Source: Nitrospinota bacterium (lineage in GTDB: Bacteria > UBA8248). From it: 64,000 bases of DNA. The stretch is from the NCBI GenBank assembly GCA_036231405.1, contig JAZAHK010000002.1, forward strand, positions 1-64,000. The letters run 5' to 3'. Each line of letters opens with the position of its first letter. Positions within the stretch are counted from its first letter, which is position 1. The notes below the pieces were generated by a model that did not search any database, was not told where the DNA came from, and saw nothing but the letters and a program-made list of their open reading frames with translations. A program made the translations under genes and the position numbers. Below are positions 20,551 to 30,894 of this stretch, piece by piece.

Positions 20551-22596
20551 ATGGTGCAATCTAATACTAGTGATAGTTCAAAAATGGAAATACCTGTTCC
20601 TCCCATTGAACAACTTTCAATCAATACCATTCGCACTTTGTCGATGGATGCAGTGCAAAAAGCCAATTCAGGACATCCTGGTACGCCAATGGCACTTGCA
20701 CCACTTGCATATCAACTATGGGTGCACGAAATGAAATACAACCCATCCAATCCTCACTGGTTTGATCGTGATAGGTTTGTATTGTCATGTGGTCATGCTT
20801 CTATGCTTTTATATTCAGTTCTCTATCTCTCAGGATATGGAATTTCTCTAGATGATATTATTAATTTCAGGCAGTGGAATAGTAAAACTCCTGGACATCC
20901 TGAATATGGATTGACTCCAGGAGTAGAAACAACTACTGGACCACTTGGACAAGGTTTTATGAATGGAGTAGGCATGGCTATGGCTGAAGCACATATGGCC
21001 AAAATTTTCAACAAATCTAATTATAATATTGTGGATCATAATACTTTTGTTCTTCTAAGTGATGGCGATATCATGGAAGGTGCGTCCCATGAAGCTGCAT
21101 CCTTGGCAGGTCATTTAGGGTTAGGGAAATTAATTTGTATTTATGATGACAATAAAATCACAATTGATGGAACAACCGACTTGTCTTATTCGGACGATAT
21201 TGAACTTAGATTTAAAGGGTACGGATGGGATGTTTCGAACCTTGGAGATGTGTCAGAAGATTGTTCTCAGATAGGCAAGTCAATAGATGACGCTAAAAAA
21301 GTAGATGACAAACCATCGTTAATAGTTCTTCGCACACAAATTGGATATGGGTCTCCTAAATATCAAAATACTTCTAGAGCACACGGTGCACCGTTAGGTG
21401 AAGAGGAGGTAATCGAAACGAAGAAAATTTATGGTTGGCCTTCGGAAGAACAATTTTATGTTCCTGAAGCAGTTTTAGAACACATGAACGGTTCTCAAAA
21501 GGGAGAGAGCTTAGAGATGGAATGGAATGAATTGTTTGAATCCTATCGATCAGAATTTCCAGAAATGGCAAAAGATTTTGAAACTTCAATTTCAGATGAA
21601 ATCCCAAATGATTTTGCTGAAGAGATTCCGAAATTTCTTCCTTCCAAAGGTGCAATGGCGACTAGGGTTGCCTCAGGTTTGGTTCTAAACGAAATCGCGA
21701 AGAAAATTCCTTGGTTGATGGGAGGAAGTGCGGATCTTGCTGCTTCTAATAATTCGTTAATAGAAAATTCGGGTAATTTTTCTAAAGATTCATTTGAGAA
21801 TAAAAATATTAATTGGGGTATCCGTGAACATGTGATGTGCGCTGCTTCATCAGGAATGCTTTTACATGGTGGAATTAGGCCATTTGCAGCTACTTTTTTC
21901 GCATTCACAGATTATGCTAGACCTGCTATTAGGTTGTCTTGTCTTATGGGACTTCCTCTAATCTATGTTATGACCCATGATTCCATTGGGCTCGGAGAGG
22001 ATGGACCAACACACCAACCTATAGAACATCTCGCATCCCTAAGAGCTATTCCAGAACTACACGTTATAAGACCTTGTGATGCGAATGAAACAGCTGTGGC
22101 TTGGCGGATTTCGATACAGCGTAAAGATGGGCCAACTATGTTAGTTTTGACAAGACAATCACTTCCTGTTTTAGATAGAGATTTTTTTTCATCGGAGGAA
22201 GGGTTGGCCAGAGGTGCATACGTCATCTCAAAAGAGGAGGGAGAAACCCCAGATGCTATTCTGATTTCATCTGGTTCTGAAGTTGCACTATCTCTCGACG
22301 CACAGAAAGCACTGAAAAAAAAGGATGTGAATGTTAGAGTTGTAAGTATGCCTTGTTGGGAGTTGTTTCGTTCTCAAGAACAAGCATATAGAGATTCAGT
22401 TTTGCCACCTGGAATAAATGCGAGATTGTCTATAGAAGCGGCTTCTGACTTCGGTTGGCTTGAATGGGTCGGAGATAACGGCGGTAGTATCGCTATTCCT
22501 AGGTTCGGCGCGAGTGCACCTGGAGGAGAGAATTTTGAGAAACTAGGATTTAATGTTGCTAATATCATCAATAGACTAGAAAAAATAATGATTTAA
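20551..22596 (+). CDS. tkt: Transketolase
   Basis: SGHPG, DRFVLSCGH, TTGPLGQG, THDSIGLGEDGPTHQP. Confidence 0.98.
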   Translation: MVQSNTSDSSKMEIPVPPIEQLSINTIRTLSMDAVQKANSGHPGTPMALAPLAYQLWVHEMKYNPSNPHWFDRDRFVLSCGHASMLLYSVLYLSGYGISLDDIINFRQWNSKTPGHPEYGLTPGVETTTGPLGQGFMNGVGMAMAEAHMAKIFNKSNYNIVDHNTFVLLSDGDIMEGASHEAASLAGHLGLGKLICIYDDNKITIDGTTDLSYSDDIELRFKGYGWDVSNLGDVSEDCSQIGKSIDDAKKVDDKPSLIVLRTQIGYGSPKYQNTSRAHGAPLGEEEVIETKKIYGWPSEEQFYVPEAVLEHMNGSQKGESLEMEWNELFESYRSEFPEMAKDFETSISDEIPNDFAEEIPKFLPSKGAMATRVASGLVLNEIAKKIPWLMGGSADLAASNNSLIENSGNFSKDSFENKNINWGIREHVMCAASSGMLLHGGIRPFAATFFAFTDYARPAIRLSCLMGLPLIYVMTHDSIGLGEDGPTHQPIEHLASLRAIPELHVIRPCDANETAVAWRISIQRKDGPTMLVLTRQSLPVLDRDFFSSEEGLARGAYVISKEEGETPDAILISSGSEVALSLDAQKALKKKDVNVRVVSMPCWELFRSQEQAYRDSVLPPGINARLSIEAASDFGWLEWVGDNGGSIAIPRFGASAPGGENFEKLGFNVANIINRLEKIMI

Positions 22597-22708
22597 TTAA
22601 ATATCTATTACTAAGATTTTTCAAGTTTCCTTTCTTTCAAAATTTCCTTAAGCTTGTGCTTAACATTTACCTTCAGTTTATGTTTAATCAGTTTCAAAAG
22701 AGGACCAT

Positions 22709-23998
22709 ATGAAAAAGAAATATTTTATAGTTAGTTTCATTCTTTTTGCTCTTGTTTTTTATAGTGTGTCGAATTTTAGAATATCAGGAAGCAAAAAATC
22801 TTTTGCGCGAAATAAATCTACATACAAGGACTTATCTACATTTACTGAAATATTAAGTCTGATAGAGCAGAATTACGTTAATAAAATTGAACCTAAAAAG
22901 GTTATTAGAGGGGCAATTAACGGTATGCTGAGATCGTTAGATCCGCATTCTAGTTATATGACTCCAGAGATGTTTAAACAGATGCAAGTCGAAACTTCTG
23001 GTCAGTTTGGTGGTTTAGGAATTACGATAACACTCAGAAAGTCAGTGTTAACGATAGTTTCTCCTATAGAAGGGACTCCTGCATTTAGAGCAGGGGTTAA
23101 AGCAAAGGATCAAATTGTTAAGATAAATGGGAAAAGTACCAAGGACATCACAATATATGAAGCAGTAAAAAAATTGAGAGGCAGACCCGGTTCTCAAGTT
23201 AAGATCACGATTTTCAGAAGAAGTACAAAAAAGATGTTTGATCTCTCAATTGTACGTGAAGTTATTAAAATTAAGAGTGTTAAGACCAAACTTTTAAAGG
23301 GCAAGATTCCGTATATACGAATTCGAAATTTTCAATCTAGAACCTCTCTTGAAGTTCGAACAGGTCTAAGTAAGATGAGTAAATTCAAAAAAAATGGGTT
23401 GATCATAGACTTAAGGAATAATCCAGGTGGTTTGTTAAGTCAAGCAGTCGGAGTCTCAGAACTGTTTCTCCCTGCTGGAAAGTTAATTGTATATACTAAA
23501 GGTCGTGTGGTTAATCAAAACAGAAGATTTATTTCTAAGGAAGATCAAGGAATTCAAGATTTTCCTATAGTTGTAATAGTGAATGCAGGAAGTGCTAGTG
23601 CATCTGAGATTGTTGCCGCTGCATTACAAGATTGGAAACGTGCGACAGTTTTGGGAGAAAAAACTTTTGGAAAGGGGTCGGTTCAAACTGTTATTCCTCT
23701 TGAAGATGGTTCAGGACTTCGTTTGACTACTTCATTGTATTTTACTCCAAAGAATAGATTAATTCAGGGGATAGGAATTGCCCCAGATATTAAAGTTGTT
23801 GATCCTTCTAGAGATAAATTTGTAGTCCGAGAAAAGGATTTGCCTAGACATCTCAGAACAAATCGAAATAAAGATAAGGGAAAGTTAAAGAAGAATAAAA
23901 ACGAAAAGTCTTTGATTTCTTTTAAGAATAAAGATGGGGTTAAGGACTACCAATTAGAAAGGGCAGTAATTTTTCTTAAAAAGAAGACTAGAAGGTAG
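22709..23998 (+). CDS. S41 carboxyl-terminal processing protease (CtpA-like)
   Basis: LDPHS, PDZ domain (FGGLGI), DLRNNPGG, SASASEI, FGKGSVQ. Confidence 0.94.
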   Translation: MKKKYFIVSFILFALVFYSVSNFRISGSKKSFARNKSTYKDLSTFTEILSLIEQNYVNKIEPKKVIRGAINGMLRSLDPHSSYMTPEMFKQMQVETSGQFGGLGITITLRKSVLTIVSPIEGTPAFRAGVKAKDQIVKINGKSTKDITIYEAVKKLRGRPGSQVKITIFRRSTKKMFDLSIVREVIKIKSVKTKLLKGKIPYIRIRNFQSRTSLEVRTGLSKMSKFKKNGLIIDLRNNPGGLLSQAVGVSELFLPAGKLIVYTKGRVVNQNRRFISKEDQGIQDFPIVVIVNAGSASASEIVAAALQDWKRATVLGEKTFGKGSVQTVIPLEDGSGLRLTTSLYFTPKNRLIQGIGIAPDIKVVDPSRDKFVVREKDLPRHLRTNRNKDKGKLKKNKNEKSLISFKNKDGVKDYQLERAVIFLKKKTRR

Positions 23999-24027
23999 GA
24001 TTTTCTCAAATTATTGAAAGGTTTTTT

Positions 24028-25167
24028 TTGATAGTTTTAGGTATCGAGACAAGTTGTGATGAAACTGCGTGCTCAGTCGTTGATTTTGAAAAAGCGGTTC
24101 AGTTTCCCGGAAATGGACAAGCTCCAGTAATTATTTCTAATATAATCAATTCACAAAGCAAACTTCACTCTCGTTATGGTGGAGTTGTTCCTGACTTGGC
24201 GTCTCGCATCCATGTAGAAGTTATTGAACCTGTTGTTCGCAAAGCTTTAAACGAAGCAGACGTTTCTCTTAAGGACGTAGATTTAGTTTCCGTTACACGT
24301 GGCCCAGGACTAGCGGTTTCTCTGTTAGTTGGTGTATCTATTGCAAAATCAATAGCTTGGGGTAGAGGTCTTCCATTGATTGGTGTTAATCATTTAGAGG
24401 GACATATTTATTCTCTATTTCTAGATTCCGCGATTGAGAAAGATAAATCGAGTTTTAATCAAGTTGGTGGAGTCCCTTCTTTCCCTCATCTTTCATTAAT
24501 TGTTTCCGGTGGTCATTCTGATTTTTATAGAGTCGAAGAAGGAGGAGAAATTTCTCATCTAGGAGGAACTTTGGACGATTCTGTCGGAGAAGTTTTTGAT
24601 AAAATAAGTGTTGCAATGGGTATAGGTTACCCAGGGGGGCCAGCGATAGATAAATTGTACAGAGAATTTAAAAACAACAATCTAAGTACGTCGATTTCAT
24701 TTCCGCGACCATTTTTAAAGAATAAATTATACGACCTCAGTTTTAGCGGATTGAAGACTGCGGTTTTGAGTCATTTAAAGGAATTAGGGGTGTATGATTA
24801 CACAAGTAAAATTCCTCCATGGGAGCGTAAAATAAAAATCTCCGACGAAATATCAAGAGAAATTGCGGCTTCTTTTCAAGAAGCTGCCGTAGATGTACTG
24901 GTAACGAAGTCAAAACTGATTCTCGAACACGAGAATCTTCGGACGATTACGATATGTGGAGGGGTAGCTTCGAATAGCCTCCTCCGTGAAAAATTCCAGG
25001 ATATGGAAATTCAGGATGGGATTTCCGTACATTTTCCCTCCTTACGACTTTGTATGGATAATGCTGCGATGATTGCATGTGCAGGTGGTTATAAATTCTT
25101 AAGAGAAGAGGATGAAAATTTTTGGGAATTTAGTAGTATGGATGTAGACCCAAGATGGCAAATTTGA
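24028..25167 (+). CDS. tsaD: tRNA N6-threonylcarbamoyltransferase subunit TsaD
   Basis: GIETSCDET, HLEGH, VSGGH, SFSGLKT, DNAAMIA. Confidence 0.95.
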   Translation: MIVLGIETSCDETACSVVDFEKAVQFPGNGQAPVIISNIINSQSKLHSRYGGVVPDLASRIHVEVIEPVVRKALNEADVSLKDVDLVSVTRGPGLAVSLLVGVSIAKSIAWGRGLPLIGVNHLEGHIYSLFLDSAIEKDKSSFNQVGGVPSFPHLSLIVSGGHSDFYRVEEGGEISHLGGTLDDSVGEVFDKISVAMGIGYPGGPAIDKLYREFKNNNLSTSISFPRPFLKNKLYDLSFSGLKTAVLSHLKELGVYDYTSKIPPWERKIKISDEISREIAASFQEAAVDVLVTKSKLILEHENLRTITICGGVASNSLLREKFQDMEIQDGISVHFPSLRLCMDNAAMIACAGGYKFLREEDENFWEFSSMDVDPRWQI

Positions 25168-25186
25168 CTTTTTTGAAGGAAGTAAT

Positions 25187-26245
25187 TTGAAGCTAGAACA
25201 GAGTGGCCCAAGAATTTTTGAAGAAGAAATTTTAAATGTACCGGAAGAGTGTCGAATTTTGTCAAATTCATTGAGTATAAAAAATCTCTTTTTAAAGAAC
25301 AGACTTCTTATGGCTCCTATGGCTGGATATACTAATCTTCCTTTTCGTTCTTTAGCATCCGAATACGGAGCTGGTATGGTTGCAACAGAGATGATCAGTT
25401 GTGAGTCTTTGGTTAGGAGAAATGAAAGGGCTTACAAAATTATGAAGAATGACTTAAAGGAGAAACCTGTTTCGATACAATTGTTCGGTTCTGATCCATC
25501 CAAGATGGCCGATGCAGCATCTATAGTGGAAGATTCAGGTGCAGACGTTATAGATTTGAATTGCGGTTGCCCAGTAAAGAAAATCACAAAAAATAAATCA
25601 GGTTCATCTTTGTTAAAGGATCCACCCCTTGCAGGAAAAATTGTTTCGGCTATGGTTAGAAAAGTGAAAAAACCTGTCTCTGTGAAGATGAGAACCGGAT
25701 GGGATACTATTGGGACCTCGAGTGCTGAAGAATTTGCTAAGATTATACAAGATTCTGGCGCGGCGTTCATAACTGTGCACGGGCGTACAAAGAATGATTT
25801 TTTTTCAGGCTTGGTTGACCTAGAAACAATCAGAAAAATTAAAAATGCCGTAAAAATTCCAGTTGTTGGAAATGGGGATATACGTTCTCCTAGTGATGCT
25901 ATTAGAATGTTAAAAAAAACTAGAGTAGACGCCTTAATGATCGGACGGGGTGCAATTGGAAATCCATGGATATTTTCAAGACTTCTCAGTTGGAGTAGAA
26001 CGGGAGTTTTACCCTCCCCACCTTCTTTTTCGGAAAGAAAAGAAGTCTTATTTTTACATCTTTTAAGATTGAAAAAACATCTTGGGGAGAAGCTTGCGGT
26101 TCTACATTCTAGGAAACATATCCCTGCATATACAAAAGGAATGGAGGGAAGTTCTTTTTTTCGGCAAAAACTAATGGAGCAAAATTCTTTTGATTCTGTG
26201 CTTCGTATAACGGAATCATTTTTTAAGTCCTGTTTGTTTAATTAG
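25187..26245 (+). CDS. dusB: tRNA dihydrouridine synthase B
   Basis: APMAG, DLNCGCP, VHGRT, GNGDI, IGRGAIGNPWIF. Confidence 0.92.
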   Translation: MKLEQSGPRIFEEEILNVPEECRILSNSLSIKNLFLKNRLLMAPMAGYTNLPFRSLASEYGAGMVATEMISCESLVRRNERAYKIMKNDLKEKPVSIQLFGSDPSKMADAASIVEDSGADVIDLNCGCPVKKITKNKSGSSLLKDPPLAGKIVSAMVRKVKKPVSVKMRTGWDTIGTSSAEEFAKIIQDSGAAFITVHGRTKNDFFSGLVDLETIRKIKNAVKIPVVGNGDIRSPSDAIRMLKKTRVDALMIGRGAIGNPWIFSRLLSWSRTGVLPSPPSFSERKEVLFLHLLRLKKHLGEKLAVLHSRKHIPAYTKGMEGSSFFRQKLMEQNSFDSVLRITESFFKSCLFN

Positions 26246-26266
26246 TTTAATTTTTTGGAATAATCA

Positions 26267-27037
26267 ATGATTCAAAATAAGAAAGTTCTAGTTTCTGGTG
26301 CAGGAAGGGGCATTGGACGGTCTATTGCTCTTTCATTCGCTAAAGAAGGTTTTGATGTTTCTCTAGTTGCGAGAACTAAATCTGAGATTGATGCTGTGGC
26401 AGATGAAATTAGTAGTTTAGGAGTGAATTCGATACCTGTAGTTTGTGATGTTACGTCTTCTGAAAAAGTGAAAAAAGTTTTTCGTGAAATTGAAGAAAAA
26501 ATGGGTTCAATTGATATCTTTGTTGCAAATGCAGGATTGTTACTCAAAAATGAGTTGGTTAATACAGACGATCAGTTATGGGGAAAAATTATCGATGCAA
26601 ACCTAAACAGTGTTTTTTATACTACGAGGACTGTAATTAAAGGGATGATAGAAAGAAAATGGGGACGTATAATTGTTATTAGCTCAGTTTCAGGGAAATT
26701 GGGTGGGGCACATAGAAGTGCGTATCATACAGCTAAGCATGGTGCTATTGGTTTTGTCAGGTCGATTGCTTTAGAAGTTGCAGAGTATGAAATAACAGTT
26801 AATGCTATTTGTCCTGGATTTGTCGAAACGAAAATGATGAATGATAATCAAAAATTATTTTCTGAAAACGTGTCTGATACTGAGGATATAGTTGATTATC
26901 TCAAAAAAAATATTCCGATGAAAAGATTTCTTGATCCACAAGAAATTGCAAGCATGTCGGTCTACCTAGCGAGTGATTCTGCTTCTGGTATAACTGGGCA
27001 AGCGTATACAATTTCATGCGGTGCGGTTCAAATTTAA
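26267..27037 (+). CDS. SDR-family oxidoreductase
   Basis: SGAGRGIG, NAG, YHTAK, NAICPG. Confidence 0.9.
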   Translation: MIQNKKVLVSGAGRGIGRSIALSFAKEGFDVSLVARTKSEIDAVADEISSLGVNSIPVVCDVTSSEKVKKVFREIEEKMGSIDIFVANAGLLLKNELVNTDDQLWGKIIDANLNSVFYTTRTVIKGMIERKWGRIIVISSVSGKLGGAHRSAYHTAKHGAIGFVRSIALEVAEYEITVNAICPGFVETKMMNDNQKLFSENVSDTEDIVDYLKKNIPMKRFLDPQEIASMSVYLASDSASGITGQAYTISCGAVQI

Positions 27038-27078
27038 TTGATTTTTTCTTATTTCATACATGATTTCAGAATTCTCTT

Positions 27079-29082
27079 TTATGGGTAAATCATATCGACT
27101 TCGCGAACTTTCCCTTTGCTGAATTTTAAGATGTATAATTGTCTAATGAAGTCATTTCTTTTAATTCCCTTTATTTTTCCAGTTACCCCTTCGAAGTTTG
27201 TGATGTTTTTTAAATATTCTCGAATATCCAATTTACTTCTTTTTCCTTTCTCAATAGCCGAGAAAACCAGTTTGGCTGAATCATATCCTAAAGCTTCTTT
27301 TAAGCCTGGTTTCTTTCTATATAATTTCTCATAGTCAAATACAAATCTCTTGACAATTTCTTTTTTTGAGGAATGGAGGAAACCATCAACGAAAAATGCA
27401 TTCTTAATATAACTTCCTGCATGTTTAGCGATTTTTGTGTTATTCCATTTCCTATCTCCTAGAAGTAAAACCCCTTTGATATTGTAAAAAGGTAGTTCTG
27501 GGACGACTAAGATGATTTTGTCTGCTTTTGCAGAAATTAAAATACCTTCGTATCCAAGTGGGATTCTAAAATTTTTGTGCCTACTTAGCCTAGCGAACTT
27601 AACTCTAAGTTGTTTATCGCTTAGCCCTCCAAGGGATAACATTTGAGGTCGGAAGTCGGTTGCACTCATTGGAAACGAAACGGTTTTTGTGAAATATCCC
27701 CCTAGTTTGGAAACAATTTTTTGATAATCTTTTTTCTTTTCATTTTCTTCAGGGTTACTGGCATGAACTAGCGCAAAACGTCTAAGTCTGAAACGATTTA
27801 TTACGTAATTAAAAATCGCACTTATTTGCATTTTGTTATTTAAAGTATTTCTAAAAATCCATCTCTTCTTATTGTCCATTTTAAAGTTTGGAGCATATGG
27901 GATAATCAGTGGATATTTTTCTTTTTCTGAGATTTCCGAAATTATCTTTGCTGCTGGGCTATAAACAGGTCCTATCAATCCTATAACTTTAGTATTATTA
28001 ATAAGTTCATACGTTTTTTTCTCAGTCAGTCCTGCTCTTTCTTTTGGACTTCCTATGTTTCGGACTGACAACTCTACTTGAAGATCTGGACGTTTTTCTA
28101 ACAAATGGTTTAGTGCTATTTGTATTCCTCGATAAATCTTTTCTCCATCTTTCCCATTTTTTCCTGATAATGGCAGTAGTACACCCACTTTGAGAAGTTT
28201 TTTACTCAAAATGTTTTTTATCTTTTGTTCTAAACTAGATATTTCACTGATATATTTATTTTTTGGGTATTTTTTTAAGAAAATTCTTGTGCTTGCCAAA
28301 GCAGTCTTAAACTTTTTCTTACGGATAGATTTTCTGATCATAGCGATTCTAAAGTAGGGGCCAGCGTTTTCCCCCTTGAACTTATTAATCAGAGATACAA
28401 GTCTATATGGAGGAATCAGCTTTTCAGATAGGTTGACTATTTTAGAAGACAGTTGCCTCTTGTTGGGAACTTTATCGGAAATTGAAAAAGCTTTAGCATA
28501 GGATGACAAAGCTTTGGATATTTTATTTTCAGATTCGTAAATTCTTCCTAAAAATGCAAAAGAAATAGCTCTTCCAATTGGTGATTTTTCTTTTTTTATA
28601 TTTTCCTCTAACTTGCTATATGCCTTTTTCTTTTCTCCAATTTTAAAATATGCAAGTGCTAGTTGAAGTCTGCTTTCGGTTAAGATGTCAGAATTTGGGA
28701 ATTCTTTTTCAAGGATCTGTAGGTTTTCGATTGATGCCTTAAAATTATTTTTTTTGAAAGATATCTTTGCTTTGTCAAGAAGAAATAAATCTTTTCGTTT
28801 CTCATCTTTTGTCTCGCCTGAGGTTCTTTGAATGACTTTTGCTCGGGTCTCAGAATCTAGTGTTTTAAAATTATCCCAAGAATCTTCTCTTTTGAATTCT
28901 CCCTCTAACAAGGACAAGGTTTTTCTTGGCACTACTTTTTCTTTTGGCGCTACTTTTTCTTTTGGCGCTACTTTTTCTTCTATTTTTCCAAAAGGTAGAT
29001 TTTGTCCACATGAAGTGAGAAAACAATAAGAAAACAACAACAATATTAAATTGGTAACAAACTGATTTTCTTTAAATTTCAT
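27079..29082 (-). CDS. Lipoprotein with TPR repeats and a periplasmic-binding-protein type 1 domain (LpoA/LppC-like PBP activator)
   Basis: Lipobox LTSC, TPR-like helices (FPNS...ARLQLA; FLKKYP), VGVLLPLSG...IGPVYS...ALGYDSA...FEGVTG. Confidence 0.75.
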   Translation of the reverse strand: MKFKENQFVTNLILLLFSYCFLTSCGQNLPFGKIEEKVAPKEKVAPKEKVVPRKTLSLLEGEFKREDSWDNFKTLDSETRAKVIQRTSGETKDEKRKDLFLLDKAKISFKKNNFKASIENLQILEKEFPNSDILTESRLQLALAYFKIGEKKKAYSKLEENIKKEKSPIGRAISFAFLGRIYESENKISKALSSYAKAFSISDKVPNKRQLSSKIVNLSEKLIPPYRLVSLINKFKGENAGPYFRIAMIRKSIRKKKFKTALASTRIFLKKYPKNKYISEISSLEQKIKNILSKKLLKVGVLLPLSGKNGKDGEKIYRGIQIALNHLLEKRPDLQVELSVRNIGSPKERAGLTEKKTYELINNTKVIGLIGPVYSPAAKIISEISEKEKYPLIIPYAPNFKMDNKKRWIFRNTLNNKMQISAIFNYVINRFRLRRFALVHASNPEENEKKKDYQKIVSKLGGYFTKTVSFPMSATDFRPQMLSLGGLSDKQLRVKFARLSRHKNFRIPLGYEGILISAKADKIILVVPELPFYNIKGVLLLGDRKWNNTKIAKHAGSYIKNAFFVDGFLHSSKKEIVKRFVFDYEKLYRKKPGLKEALGYDSAKLVFSAIEKGKRSKLDIREYLKNITNFEGVTGKIKGIKRNDFIRQLYILKFSKGKVREVDMIYP
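28926..28979. repeat. 18-bp in-frame tandem repeat, about 3 copies
   Basis: Unit ctactttttcttttggcg at 28932 and 28950 plus partial flanking copies; encodes EKVAPK-EKVAPK-EKVVPR. Confidence 0.9.
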
Positions 29083-29291
29083 TTAGACTGTTTTCGATAG
29101 GTTTTAGTGTGTCTTTTAGTGAAGATAGAATTTATATATTGTTATGTCAAGAAGTTAGTATTTTCAAATTTGCGGAATTTCCATTTATATTTCAATGTTT
29201 TTCTAATAAGTGTATAGTTAAATACGATTGATTTTGTTTTGAATTTGTTTGGTATCTTTGTTGATTTCTTAGTATTTAAGCGGGAGTTAGA

Positions 29292-30383
29292 ATGAAGAAA
29301 GTTAAATTGTCTCTTCAGGATAGGTCATATCCAATTTATGTTGCTAAGGGTTTAATCAAAGATCTTAGTAAATATACGAACTCTGTTTTCACAGGCCGAA
29401 GGTTACTAGTTGTTTCGGATATGACAGTTGGAAGAATATATGGGAGGGATTGTCTCCAATCTCTAAAAAAGGGCGGGAAAATTGCAGAAATGATCAAAGT
29501 CCCTATTGGAGAAAAAAGCAAGTCAATCGAACAGTTAGAGAGAATTTATAATAAATTGGCCAAACTTAAAATTGGAAGAGAAGATGGCGTTATTTCTCTC
29601 GGAGGGGGTGTTGTCGGTGATTTGGCGGGCCTTGCTGCAGCTACGTTTTTAAGGGGTATTTCTTTTGTCCAAGTTCCTACTACTTTGTTATCTCAAGTCG
29701 ATAGTTCTGTTGGAGGAAAAACTGCTATAAATACTTCTTACGGGAAGAATCTGATAGGCGCGTTCTATCAGCCTAAAATGGTCTTATGTGACCTTAATAC
29801 TATGTTATCTTTGAGAGAACGAGAATTTTGTAATGGTCTTGCAGAGGTTGTAAAGCATGCTGTCATAAGAGATGCGTCTCTTTTTACTTATCTTGAGAAA
29901 GATGTATCTAGAATACTGAGTAGAGAAATCCAAACATTAGAGAAAATAGTTTTTCAAAACTGTAGAATAAAGGCAGGTGTCGTTGAACTAGATGAAAAAG
30001 AAAATGGTTTGCGACAGATTCTAAATTTTGGACACACTCTTGGACATGCTTTGGAATCCTTATTTGGGTATTCCAAGAAATTATTACACGGAGAGGCTGT
30101 TTCCATAGGAATGTCTGCGGCTGCGCAAATGTCATGTGCCATGGGCTTTTGTGAGAAGGGGGATGTGGTTAGATTGCAAAAGCTATTGATGCGATTCAAG
30201 TTGCCAATAAAGCTCAAGAAGCCTCCCGAACTAAGTGAGATCAAAAAATATGTTCTACACGACAAGAAAGTTAGAGGAGGAAAACCGAAATTTGTTGTTT
30301 TGAAAAAAATTGGAAGTGTAGAAAATGGAATTGAGTTGAGTCCACGTTTGTGGTCTTCTTCGATAGTTGGAAATTTAGTTTAA
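29292..30383 (+). CDS. aroB: 3-dehydroquinate synthase
   Basis: GGGVVGD, PTTLLSQVDSSVGGKT, LNFGHTLGHA, HGEAV. Confidence 0.97.
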   Translation: MKKVKLSLQDRSYPIYVAKGLIKDLSKYTNSVFTGRRLLVVSDMTVGRIYGRDCLQSLKKGGKIAEMIKVPIGEKSKSIEQLERIYNKLAKLKIGREDGVISLGGGVVGDLAGLAAATFLRGISFVQVPTTLLSQVDSSVGGKTAINTSYGKNLIGAFYQPKMVLCDLNTMLSLREREFCNGLAEVVKHAVIRDASLFTYLEKDVSRILSREIQTLEKIVFQNCRIKAGVVELDEKENGLRQILNFGHTLGHALESLFGYSKKLLHGEAVSIGMSAAAQMSCAMGFCEKGDVVRLQKLLMRFKLPIKLKKPPELSEIKKYVLHDKKVRGGKPKFVVLKKIGSVENGIELSPRLWSSSIVGNLV

Positions 30384-30397
30384 AATGGAGTGAAAAA

Positions 30398-30883
30398 ATG
30401 AGAATGTTACTACTTAATGGCCCAAATTTAAATTTGTTAGGAACTCGTGAAAAAGAGGTTTACGGTGATATTTCTTTATCAAAGATTGAAGAGGCTCTTA
30501 CAGATATTGCGATTAAAGAAAAAGTAGATTTAGACGTGTTTCAATCGAATATAGAGGGTGAGTTGGTAGATGCTTTACATAGGGCCGCGGGTTTAAAGGA
30601 TTTAATTGCAGAGATCCCTCCTTTTGGTTCATGTTGTGCCTGTATTTTCAATCCAGGTGCATTTACCCATACAAGCGTCGCTTTAAGGGATGCTGTGGCA
30701 AGTATTGAAATGCCTGTTTATGAAGTACATATTTCTAATGTTTTGACCAGGGAAGATTTTCGACATTCTTCTATGATTGGACCTGAAGTTTCTGGCACGA
30801 TAATTGGATATGGAGTAGAAGGATACCTAATGGCTTTAAGGGCAGCGATAGATAGACATGCAAAAGGTATAAATTTTCTGTAG
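30398..30883 (+). CDS. aroQ: Type II 3-dehydroquinate dehydratase
   Basis: LNGPNLNLLGTRE..YG, QSN.EGEL, NPGAFTHTS.ALRDA, EVHISN...RE.FR; ATG 30398 after GGAG. Confidence 0.95.
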   Translation: MRMLLLNGPNLNLLGTREKEVYGDISLSKIEEALTDIAIKEKVDLDVFQSNIEGELVDALHRAAGLKDLIAEIPPFGSCCACIFNPGAFTHTSVALRDAVASIEMPVYEVHISNVLTREDFRHSSMIGPEVSGTIIGYGVEGYLMALRAAIDRHAKGINFL

Positions 30884-30894
30884 AAGGAAATTCA

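Noticed and set aside
28926..28979. CRISPR array
   Set aside because: Contiguous 18-bp units without spacers, in frame inside a CDS, and no cas genes.
29125..29150. NrdR box in the lpoA-like/aroB divergent region
   Set aside because: Only a partial AT-rich match, single copy, and no ribonucleotide reductase gene adjacent.
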